Positions 32,867 to 41,275 of a DNA stretch of 64,000 nt are shown in pieces; the stretch's first letter is position 1, and the number at the start of each line of letters is the position of its first letter. The position numbers were made by a program, and so were the translations under genes. The notes beneath the pieces are model-generated. The model was not told the origin of the DNA. It searched no databases and saw only the letters and a list, made by a program, of their open reading frames with translations. The stretch lies in IMG/VR virus record IMGVR_UViG_3300031994_000020, one strand, 5' to 3'. Origin of the DNA: a virus (lineage: Duplodnaviria > Caudoviricetes).

Positions 32867-34378
32867 TTATGCAGTTATGGCTTCGTATCTCTTACTGAGA
32901 AGTTTCTGAAGACAGAGTTCCCAGCCAGTCACACCAGTTATAACATTTTCAAAGATTACAGGTGAAGCACCACTTACGTAGGTTACACTTTCATCTTCAT
33001 CGAGGATTGTATTTTCTCTCGCCTGTACGTTCCAATAAATGAGCTTAGGCATCTTGTGACCGTGGCGTGCCCACTTCTCACGAACCTTAGCCATTTCTGT
33101 AGCTACAGGACGATTCTTATGTCTCCAACCATATGAGGTTCCCCAATCAGACATAGCATCAATTTCCATGTCAGAAATGACAACTATTTTCTCAGGTATA
33201 TCTTCTTCTTTTGTAGTAGGACGATCTGCTATTTCAAGAAGCATATCAAAAGTTCTTGTAAGGTCAGTATTCTCACAGAGGTTGGTTCTGTAGATACGTT
33301 CAACCTTATCAACGAAATCTGTTCCTCTTATCTCAATAAGCTGAGGTCTTGAGCTGAAGCTAATGTAGTGATTCTTAAAAGGACCTCCTGCTCTCTCAGC
33401 ACAGTACATACCAAGAGAGATAGCTATATTGATAGGAGCAGATGCTTCGTTACCGGTCATAGAACCTGAAGTATCTACAACGCAAAGCATATTGGACTGT
33501 TTTCCATTGAAATAATCCTTCTGATTATCCCAGTATTTCTCTATCATGGCTCTATCGGTTTCAGAAAGAGAAAAACTACTATTCCAATAGTCCATATGGC
33601 TTGTAGCCTTAGCCACGATCTCATAAGGATAGAGAGTAGCAGCATTTACAGTTGTACTTTCGCTCTTTGCAAACTCTTCATACTTCTTTGCTATGATGTC
33701 ACGTCTAGCAAATGCGTTCTTGTATATAAGTCCAGCCTTAGAGGGAATCTTATCAAATTCAATTTCATCCCATCTGTTTTCAGACATAAGTTTCTCTACT
33801 ATATTAATGCGGGCGCGCAGGTCTGAGAGAATTTTTCTATACTGTTTATGTGTAAGACCAAGGTAGTCCCGCACTTTATTACCCATAGCTATTGTTTCCT
33901 TAGAAGATGCGTTCTCTGAAGGAAGCCACTTTGCAAGTAAAGAAGGAGTCTTGCTTTCAAGATCAATAGCAAGCTGTTCCTTGATGAAATCAAGTGCATC
34001 CTTTTCAACCTTTGTGCCAAAGCAAGCATATACTACGTCATCCCAACGTCTATACTCAGGTATCTGCTTTATGAGTTTGCGGGCTACATTAGCGTACTTA
34101 TTAGCAAGCCAATTAAAGCATATTCTAAAATAGCGGCGTTCACCCTGACCACCACGACAGTCACCAAGATAAAAGAGGCACTTAAGAGCGAGATCTGCAT
34201 TTTCCTCATATGCTTCCTTGAAAAGCAGTATACAGTCCTCATTAGTTCTTGAACGATATGCTCCACCAAAAGCAAACATATCATAGACCTTCTTCATTGT
34301 TGAAGAAAGGGCTGTTCCTCCATTCTCAGTGAGCTTGTAATTTGCATCATTCTTCATTTCATTTAAAAAAGCGTTCAT
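32867..34378 (-). CDS. DUF2828-family (TROVE/Ro60-like helical plus vWA) protein
   Basis: LTENG, GQGERR, RWDD, AKWLPSE, VDTSGSM MIDAS, ISDMEID, IYWNV. Confidence 0.85.
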   Translation of the reverse strand: MNAFLNEMKNDANYKLTENGGTALSSTMKKVYDMFAFGGAYRSRTNEDCILLFKEAYEENADLALKCLFYLGDCRGGQGERRYFRICFNWLANKYANVARKLIKQIPEYRRWDDVVYACFGTKVEKDALDFIKEQLAIDLESKTPSLLAKWLPSENASSKETIAMGNKVRDYLGLTHKQYRKILSDLRARINIVEKLMSENRWDEIEFDKIPSKAGLIYKNAFARRDIIAKKYEEFAKSESTTVNAATLYPYEIVAKATSHMDYWNSSFSLSETDRAMIEKYWDNQKDYFNGKQSNMLCVVDTSGSMTGNEASAPINIAISLGMYCAERAGGPFKNHYISFSSRPQLIEIRGTDFVDKVERIYRTNLCENTDLTRTFDMLLEIADRPTTKEEDIPEKIVVISDMEIDAMSDWGTSYGWRHKNRPVATEMAKVREKWARHGHKMPKLIYWNVQARENTILDEDESVTYVSGASPVIFENVITGVTGWELCLQKLLSKRYEAITA

Positions 34379-34418
34379 TCCTTTTTTCTCCTTTTTAATC
34401 TTTATGATTAAGGTTATT

Positions 34419-34628
34419 TTACATAGCCTTTAATTGTCTTAATTTTTTATAATAAACTGTTTCTAATTCAGACCTACTTATAATAATTTTCTGAAGAATA
34501 TTAAAACATTCTCTATCAAATGTGTTATATCCAAAAATTTTAAAATATTTATTTTCAACTCGTTTTAAAATATCAATACTTTTTAAAATTTGATTACATT
34601 CTTCATTTAATATTTTTCTTTTTCTCAT
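34419..34628 (-). CDS. Hypothetical protein
   Basis: ORF track; coupled to the upstream ORF. Confidence 0.5.
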   Translation of the reverse strand: MRKRKILNEECNQILKSIDILKRVENKYFKIFGYNTFDRECFNILQKIIISRSELETVYYKKLRQLKAM

Positions 34629-34891
34629 TATCTATTCCTAATTAATTCATCGTAGGTAATAGTTCCGCAAGTTGTGGTTTCGAGATCCGAAGCCCGCATT
34701 TCATAAACTCCATAGTTACTGCATGCATTTGTTATCTCTATTCCAGCAAAAGGATCTCCTTCTTGCATCTTCCGCGCCATACTATACTCTGCGAATTTCT
34801 GCATAAAGAAATTAATCTCTTCTTTTGAATTAAACAAGATTATTTTTCCTTTATGATGTAAAAATACATTATCAAGAATTACTGCTAACAT
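34628..34891 (-). CDS. Hypothetical protein
   Basis: ORF track with RBS. Confidence 0.55.
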   Translation of the reverse strand: MLAVILDNVFLHHKGKIILFNSKEEINFFMQKFAEYSMARKMQEGDPFAGIEITNACSNYGVYEMRASDLETTTCGTITYDELIRNR

Positions 34892-34908
34892 AGTTTCTTC
34901 CTTTCATA

Positions 34909-34981
34909 AGGGGTAAATAGGATTCGAACCCATGATCCTGGAACTGCAGTCCAGAGCCTTACCAGACTTGGCTACTACCCC
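34909..34981 (-). tRNA. tRNA-Cys(GCA)
   Basis: CTGGA-CTGCAGT-TCCAG anticodon arm, U73. Confidence 0.9.
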
Positions 34982-35100
34982 AAAAATAATGCCCCCGCAA
35001 AAGCGTTATTATAGCAATGTGCGAGGGCGTTTGTTAAGTAAACTATAAATTTAAGCCGGTATATTTGCTTTCCGTTACTTCTCTTTTTCTTATTAGTCTA

Positions 35101-35191
35101 AGGGCAAGAAAAAGATTTTCATAATTTATAGTTTTCTTTACAAAGTTATAATTTTCTTCTTTATAAGACTTGAAAATTTGCTGTTTGCCCT
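35101..35191 (-). ncRNA. ACAGCAA stem RNA 1
   Basis: AGGGCAA-ACAGCAA...TTGCCCT. Confidence 0.65.
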
Positions 35192-35193
35192 AA

Positions 35194-35265
35194 AGCCCGT
35201 AACGGGAATTGAACCCGTATCCTCTGCTTGGAAGGCAGATATACTAGCCATTGTACTACACGGAC
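35194..35265 (-). tRNA. tRNA-Gly(TCC)
   Basis: TCTGC-CTTCCAA-GCAGA. Confidence 0.9.
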
Positions 35266-35478
35266 ATTGATGCCCTGTGGGAACCACCCTACGGCTCGGG
35301 GATCATTAGCCGGTATTTTTTATCTAGTCTTTGCATGACAAGTTGGCTGTTACTGTCGTGTTCAGCAGACGCTAATTCACTTTTGGAATTAGTAATGTCA
35401 CTCATATGACGGTGAGACCGAACAAAAGTTTCTGGTTAATGAGGCTTTGTCAGACCCAATATGCCAGCAACACAGGCA

Positions 35479-36207
35479 AGCCGCCGGAGGGACTTGAACC
35501 CCCAACCCGCTGATTTGATTCTCAACTTAAACAAATCTCCTTTCCCAAATAAATCCATAAGCAGTATGTCTTTCATTTTTTAATACTTGACATATATGAC
35601 TATTATCACCGTTTACGGCTTTTGCTGCTTCAGTGGCAGTATCATATTCTGCTATAAAATTATGATCTTTATCAAATTGATAAATTTTCATTTTTACTTT
35701 AGGCTCAGGTTGATTATTAATTAATCTACTTAAAGTTTTTTCAGCTGTATAATTTTCAATAAAATATACATCAGCTTGATTTATTTTTTGTTCTTTGAAA
35801 GATAATGTTCTATTTGCGCCTTGACAATCTTCAATTTTTATAAGATAACATTGCCCATTCCAAAAAGTAGCAAAATAATCAACTTCATCAATATACTTCT
35901 TAGATTGCAATGCATGAGTTGTGTTACTTCCTTGAGTTGATCTAGTTGCAAATTCTATTCCTGTTTTAGATTGATTTTCATGGCAAGTTTTTATTTGAAT
36001 TCTAATTAATTTACCATTTATATCAGCTATCATATCATAACGACAATCTTCTCCCAAAGGAATAGATACATTATATCCAAGTTGAGTTAAATAAGTTTGA
36101 CATTGTAATTCTGTTACCAAACCTTTTTGTTTTGTTTCGTTCATTTAACATTTTATTGTTATCCATTGAGAAACAAATCAGCCGCTCTACCATTGAGCCA
36201 CGACGGC
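35479..36207 (-). tRNA. tRNA-Thr(TGT) split by a 657-nt insert (35516-36172)
   Basis: 5' half GCCGTCG..GCTGATTTGT; 3' half AATCAGC..GGGGGTTCAAGTCCCTCCGGCGGC. Confidence 0.85.
35527..36144 (-). CDS. PD-(D/E)XK homing endonuclease (I-Ssp6803I-like) with NUMOD1-like tail, inside tRNA-Thr
   Basis: KGLVTE, GYNVSIP..EDCRYDMIAD...RIQIKT, VDYFA; C-terminal AKAVNG..SHICQV...TAYGFIW. Confidence 0.85.
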   Translation of the reverse strand: MNETKQKGLVTELQCQTYLTQLGYNVSIPLGEDCRYDMIADINGKLIRIQIKTCHENQSKTGIEFATRSTQGSNTTHALQSKKYIDEVDYFATFWNGQCYLIKIEDCQGANRTLSFKEQKINQADVYFIENYTAEKTLSRLINNQPEPKVKMKIYQFDKDHNFIAEYDTATEAAKAVNGDNSHICQVLKNERHTAYGFIWERRFV

Positions 36208-36217
36208 ATTTGGCGCC

Positions 36218-36526
36218 TTATGACGCCTGTTCAGTTACTTCAGTCTTTGCTTCCTGCTTCTTTGCAGCAGCTTCTCTATCTTTCTTTATTTTGATAGCCT
36301 GCTTAATAGATGTCTTACTTTTCAAGAGTTTATTGTCAAAAGCCCATAACAAATTCTCTTCTTTAGCAATTTTATCCTCATAAGCTTTATCACTTTCCGC
36401 TTTGAGACTATCAATAGATAAACTTTTTGTATTACGAATTGTGTTTTCAAAATGCTTTGTTACTTTTGTTGGTGTTGAAGGAGTTGTGTCCTTATTTGTG
36501 AAAATTGTTTTCCACCCTTTAGCCAT
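36218..36526 (-). CDS. Basic hypothetical protein
   Basis: ORF track with promoter and RBS. Confidence 0.6.
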   Translation of the reverse strand: MAKGWKTIFTNKDTTPSTPTKVTKHFENTIRNTKSLSIDSLKAESDKAYEDKIAKEENLLWAFDNKLLKSKTSIKQAIKIKKDREAAAKKQEAKTEVTEQAS

Positions 36527-36586
36527 ATATATTTCCTTTCTTTATCTTATATAAATATTATATCATATTTTTTTTAAAATGTCAAA

Positions 36587-36931
36587 TGGACTTGACGGGA
36601 GTCGAACCCGTGTCCGCGATTCCTATTCCAAATCAATTTTTTACGCAATAGTGTTTTAAAGTGTTCACTCACTGAGCCGACAGGTTATACCTGTTTAGTC
36701 CCACCACTTGTTTTTTCTAAAACAAGAAACTATATAGCCTTTCTTATAAGAGTGAGCATTGACTGGCAAAAGTATTACTCACAATTCCTAAACTCAAGCT
36801 GCAAGAGCAACTTTAGTAGGGAAAGAAACAATTTTCTTTGCGTTTATTTTAAATTAGTGATTGCATAACGCGCATATCATTTCGTGCGAATTGATTTTTT
36901 TATTGAACCTCGTCGAATACCTTACAAGCCC
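36587..36931 (-). ncRNA. ssrA: tmRNA
   Basis: GGGCTTG..TTCGAC 5' end, G3-U70 pair, T-arm ACGGG-TTCGACT-CCCGT; tag reading frame AKKIVSFPTKVALAA-TGA at 36794-36841. Confidence 0.93.
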
Positions 36932-37158
36932 TCAGATTCTTTAACAACTAATTGCTTATATATATCATGCAATATTGTTAATCTTTCATCAAATTTAGAT
37001 GTTAAAGTATTAAAATTGTTTCCTATAAGAGGCTCCCATTTAATATCAACATGACATCCAAGAAGTACTGCGGTTCTTATATCATTATATGATATAATCG
37101 CATTATTCAAAGCGTCAATTAATGTTTTTAAATTTTCAACTTCTAATTCTATTTTCAT
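36922..37158 (-). CDS. Hypothetical protein, 3' end overlaps the tmRNA 5' end
   Basis: ORF track. Confidence 0.55.
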   Translation of the reverse strand: MKIELEVENLKTLIDALNNAIISYNDIRTAVLLGCHVDIKWEPLIGNNFNTLTSKFDERLTILHDIYKQLVVKESEGL

Positions 37159-37316
37159 AGAAACTTATTTTAAAAATTACTTGCTAAGATTACGAATTTC
37201 TCTGCGTAGTTTCTGAACCACACCACCGCTCTTAATATTCTTAGGATTTTCCATGAGTTTATTAAGTCTGTCCTTCTTTAATGCAAGTTTCTCTTCTTTA
37301 GTCATATATATCTCCT

Positions 37317-37616
37317 TTATTTTCTTTTAAAATCTTTTTCCCATTCATTTATCTATTCTTCAAAAGCATAATAATCACTAGGAGAATACCATCTTCTGCG
37401 TTTATTATAATTCTCTATCCATTCTTCTTTAGTGCATCTATTTATCCAATCATGTATATCATAAGAACAGAATATTTTTTTATATGCTTTACCTTTTTTG
37501 GGTAATTCTTCAAAATTAGTATTACGAACTTTTTTATTCGCAAACTTTTTCATTTCTTTTGTTGTCCCAGGGCTTCCATCTGTAATTACGGGATTATGCT
37601 TATAACTTCTGCTCAT
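37317..37616 (-). CDS. Hypothetical protein (MSRSYK type), read through TAG 37353-37355
   Basis: ...YAFEE(TAG)INEWEKDFKRK-TAA. Confidence 0.7.
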
Positions 37617-37635
37617 ACTTTTATCCTCCTCTTAG

Positions 37636-37707
37636 CACAGGTACCGGGAATCGAACCCAGATCTAAGCATTAGAAGTGCCTTGTTCTCTCCATTAAACTA
37701 CACCTGC
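37636..37707 (-). tRNA. tRNA-Arg(TCT)
   Basis: AGGCA-CTTCTAA-TGCTT. Confidence 0.9.
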
Positions 37708-37710
37708 ATA

Positions 37711-37782
37711 CACTCCCAGCGGGATTCGAACCCACAATGTCTGGTTCGTAGCCAGATAGTTTCTCCATTAGCTTACAGGAGC
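37711..37782 (-). tRNA. tRNA-Arg(ACG)
   Basis: TCTGG-CTACGAA-CCAGA. Confidence 0.88.
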
Positions 37783-37928
37783 AAATGACAGCTTATCGAG
37801 AACTGTCGACGCTGTAGTGTGGCTATATGCCCAAAGGATCCGGACCCACTCTTTAAATGATGGCGCCTCTCGACCAGAGCTACATCCTACAGAATTTTTC
37901 TCTATGCAGAAATTTCTAACTCCTGCAA

Positions 37929-38047
37929 ATATGCGGGTGGGAATCGAACCCACATGTATTCAGAGAACCAATGGCTTCACGGAATCGAACCGTGTCTGAA
38001 TTCCTTTCATGCCCTTGATAGCGTCTACCCATTTCCGCCACCGCATA
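37929..38047 (-). ncRNA. tRNA-Leu-shell RNA (copy 3)
   Basis: TATGCGG/CCGCATA acceptor, GGCGGAAATGGGTAGACGC D-arm, internal T-loop CACGG-TTCGATT-CCGTG, terminal T-arm. Confidence 0.7.
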
Positions 38048-38049
38048 AA

Positions 38050-38121
38050 CTGAGGTGGCAGGATTCGAACCTGCGAATGACGGGATCAAAACCCGTTGCC
38101 TTACCACTTGGCGACACCCCA
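38050..38121 (-). tRNA. tRNA-Gln(TTG)
   Basis: U1-A72, ACGGG-TTTTGAT-CCCGT. Confidence 0.92.
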
Positions 38122-38473
38122 ATATATCTCAGACTTATTGCTGCACCCAAGGTAGATATTAGGATAAGTCTGAAATATTAACAATTAATAATAATTAATA
38201 ATTAATAATTAATACACAGCTTTTTCTAAATAATATTAAATCTACTATAAATACCAAATCTACCGTTAGTATCATAGCTCATTTAATAGATAATGAAAGA
38301 AAAAGTTTTTAGGCGGGTTATAATTTAATTCTGCTAAACCAGAATAAACTTTTTCTTTTCTATTAAACGAGATTATATTCCCGCACGTTTACAATAGTTG
38401 CCATGAGATTGTATTAAGTTTAGTAATATCAATCTTTTACCTTATCCTTATTTTAAGGAAATACTATGGTAAA

Positions 38474-38547
38474 TTGGAGTGGCGGGATTTGAACCCACGA
38501 TCTCTTGAACCCAAATCAAGCGCCTTACCGAACTAGGCTACACCCCA
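38474..38547 (-). tRNA. tRNA-Pro(TGG)
   Basis: CTTGA-TTTGGGT-TCAAG. Confidence 0.9.
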
Positions 38548-38553
38548 AAATAC

Positions 38554-38626
38554 AAGACACGCTACTATCTTTATCATTCTATAATATTGGCTGAATGTGA
38601 ATTAAAATTTTTGCTGTTTGTGTCTT
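38554..38626 (-). ncRNA. ACAGCAA stem RNA 2
   Basis: AAGACACAA-ACAGCAA...GTGTCTT, directly downstream of a promoter. Confidence 0.7.
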
Positions 38627-38676
38627 TTTTAACTTTCTATAAATATTATACCATATTTTTTTATAAAAGTCAAATA

Positions 38677-38988
38677 TTAAAAATAATCACTGATTTTTTC
38701 ATTACAATATTTTTCTATAAAACCTTGTGGATCTTTATAAATTTCATCATTAAGTTCGTTCAATGATTTAAAAGTTTCTTCTGTAAAAGGATAAACTTCA
38801 TATGCAACGTGTTCTTCGCAATTGTAATCTTCATCTTCATCCTCAAGAGCATAACTTTGCATAACATCATAACTCATTTGCTCTGCTATTATATTAGCAT
38901 CTTCTTCTGTTCCTTCTACAACAGCAAAAGAATTTATCCCATGAAGTCCTCCAAAAGTATCTTCATAAGCACAAATTGCATATAACAT
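38677..38988 (-). CDS. Acidic hypothetical protein
   Basis: ORF track with promoter and RBS. Confidence 0.6.
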   Translation of the reverse strand: MLYAICAYEDTFGGLHGINSFAVVEGTEEDANIIAEQMSYDVMQSYALEDEDEDYNCEEHVAYEVYPFTEETFKSLNELNDEIYKDPQGFIEKYCNEKISDYF

Positions 38989-39101
38989 ATTTATTATTTT
39001 CTCCTTTCTTAACTTTATATAAATATTATATCATAAATTTTTTAAAAAGTCAAGGGGCGGGAACGGACCCAATCCTAAAGATCTCAGAACCGGGTTCCCG
39101 C

Positions 39102-39515
39102 TTAATCAGGTTCACCGCTAGCATAGTCAACTTTCTAAATAAAACCTTTACTCAATCTCTCTGGATCTTTTACTTCAGATTTCTCATCATTAAAAGGTGC
39201 TTGAAAAGCAGTTACATTTATTTTTATATTTTTTTCTTCTGCATCATCATTAATATCTTTAAATACTTCTGGTTGAAATTCAAACATGCCTGTAGACCCT
39301 ATTTTAAATTCTAAATAATTTTTACTATTATTAAATTCTAAAAAAATAGGGTAATTTATTGCTCTATTTTCGCAGCAATAACCAAATTTATACACAGGGG
39401 TAGAAGGAAAAGTATATTGTTTATATGTAACAGCATGTTCTATTCCGTCAATAATAATATGTTCTTTTGTAATTTCCGTTCCTGAATCATAATTAGTTAT
39501 TTGAGATATATCCAT
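39102..39515 (-). CDS. Hypothetical protein, read through TAG 39135-39137
   Basis: ...KGFI(TAG)KVDYASGEPD-TAA. Confidence 0.6.
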
Positions 39516-39570
39516 TCATTATACCTCCTTTTATAGAATAAAAGAAAGGGAGATAAAATTTATCTCCCTA

Positions 39571-39795
39571 TCAGTTCTTACTTGTGTCTATTGTTATATT
39601 AAGAGTTGTGTTATTAACAATTTCAATTTTGGTTACTTCATCATCCTCAAGAAAGTCATCTAAACACTCATATCCTTTAAGAATAAAAGTGATAAGAAGT
39701 AAATCCTGTTCATCAAAAAGATTTACTTTTATATCTTTATCAGACTCTATAACGCTTAATAAACCTTTTAAAGTTATAAGTACATCATTTTCCAT
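39571..39795 (-). CDS. Hypothetical protein
   Basis: ORF track. Confidence 0.55.
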   Translation of the reverse strand: MENDVLITLKGLLSVIESDKDIKVNLFDEQDLLLITFILKGYECLDDFLEDDEVTKIEIVNNTTLNITIDTSKN

Positions 39796-39801
39796 AATTT
39801 A

Positions 39802-40053
39802 TTAACCTCCTTGTGATGTTTTATTAATACCAAAAAGAGTTAATGTGTCATTCTCATAAGTATAAGGTATCGCTTTAATAGCTATTTTTTCATTTCCATT
39901 TATTTCTAATGTATCATCATCAACTAAATCAAAATCAGATGTACTTTTATTTCCACCCAAAGATACATTATTTATTGAAGGTTTATCTTTTAATGCGTTA
40001 TAGCTATCATAGGTTCCTGAATAAGGAATACCATTTTTATAAATTGCTCCCAT
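39802..40053 (-). CDS. Small virion/tail-fibre-like protein
   Basis: YNALKDKPSINNVSLGGNKS motif typical of fibre accessory proteins. Confidence 0.5.
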   Translation of the reverse strand: MGAIYKNGIPYSGTYDSYNALKDKPSINNVSLGGNKSTSDFDLVDDDTLEINGNEKIAIKAIPYTYENDTLTLFGINKTSQGG

Positions 40054-40077
40054 ATGGACCCCTCCGTTTACTTTTTA

Positions 40078-41247
40078 TTATTCCTCTATTAAAGAAAAAT
40101 CTAAATTATTATATACACACACGCCGCAATCAATGTTATTCTGCATTAATTTTCTTGTTTCTGGATTTTCTTTCATTTTAGTCCAAATTTCATATATTTT
40201 ATTTTCATCATATTCTTCTGTATGAAGTTTGTCAAAAAATTCTTTTATTCCCATGCAAGGTATAATACCTATCATACTACCATCCTGATATTTTGCCATA
40301 GAAGCCATAGAAAACATTTCAGCAAGAGCTTCTTCTGAAATACCTTCTTCTATTTTTTTATAGCAAGTATGATAAAATTTCTTTACATATTCCCAGTTCT
40401 GCTCTGCAAATACAGGTTTCTTTGCATAGGTTTCAATCCAATAGTAATAAAGTTGGAGCATTACACTTGCTATTGTTTGCATAACATTCCCATCAAAAGG
40501 ACGTTTCTTTCTTACATTTTCAATAGCATAAATCATATTATCTGTCCAACCGCAGAAGCACTGATCAAGTGCATATTGTCCATCATTAATGCGGGTGATA
40601 GAATTGTTTTTGTTGTGCCATAAATATACTATATCTTGTAAAAATCTTATTTGTTCATTTGCATTAGAACATAATAATTGAACCCATTTATTATATCCAG
40701 TATCTTCATTAGCACGAGTTTCATTAAATTTAATTCCATAATCCTCAATAAATTTTCTACGATATAATTTACCAAACATCCAAACCATATCATTTAAATG
40801 CGGAAGCATCTGCTTAGTTTCTTCTCCAAGCTGCATAAAACCCGCGGAAACGCATTTAATTGAATCTGCGGGGAATTGAGGATTTTCTTGTTTCATGCCC
40901 TCCCGCATTATCTCTAATGACAATGCGGAAGAGAATGTATCATCTGCATCTATACAAGTAAAAAATTGATTTTTTCCTTCTTCAATACCCACCTGCCGCG
41001 CAACACCGGGTCCCGCATTTACTTCAAGTCTTTTAACAACTATATCAAGACCCAGATTTCTAAATTGGCAAGCTATTTTATCATATTCCTCTCTATTGTT
41101 AGGGGTAGCATCATCTACTATAATAACATGTAAATCATCTTTAATAGTTTGCATAAGTATTGATGCTAATGTTCTTCTTAATGTTCCCTGAGCTTTATAA
41201 GCTGGGATTATAATATCAATTTTATTATTTGTATTTTCTTTAGCCAT
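40078..41247 (-). CDS. Family 2 glycosyltransferase
   Basis: IIIPAYK, IIVDDAT, GPGVARQVG, CIDADD, NEDTG. Confidence 0.9.
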   Translation of the reverse strand: MAKENTNNKIDIIIPAYKAQGTLRRTLASILMQTIKDDLHVIIVDDATPNNREEYDKIACQFRNLGLDIVVKRLEVNAGPGVARQVGIEEGKNQFFTCIDADDTFSSALSLEIMREGMKQENPQFPADSIKCVSAGFMQLGEETKQMLPHLNDMVWMFGKLYRRKFIEDYGIKFNETRANEDTGYNKWVQLLCSNANEQIRFLQDIVYLWHNKNNSITRINDGQYALDQCFCGWTDNMIYAIENVRKKRPFDGNVMQTIASVMLQLYYYWIETYAKKPVFAEQNWEYVKKFYHTCYKKIEEGISEEALAEMFSMASMAKYQDGSMIGIIPCMGIKEFFDKLHTEEYDENKIYEIWTKMKENPETRKLMQNNIDCGVCVYNNLDFSLIEE

Positions 41248-41275
41248 AAGTTATTCTCCTTTTATCTCCTTTTGT

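Noticed and set aside
35509-36182. Alternative splice giving a UCA (opal) anticodon
   Set aside because: Possible on paper (TT+TCA+AA), but the tRNA body is typical Thr and TGA is used as a normal stop in this window.
38129-38173. Ninth ACAGCAA element
   Set aside because: GCAGCAA lies on the 3' side of the CAGACTTAT stem, opposite to the family arrangement; may be coincidental.
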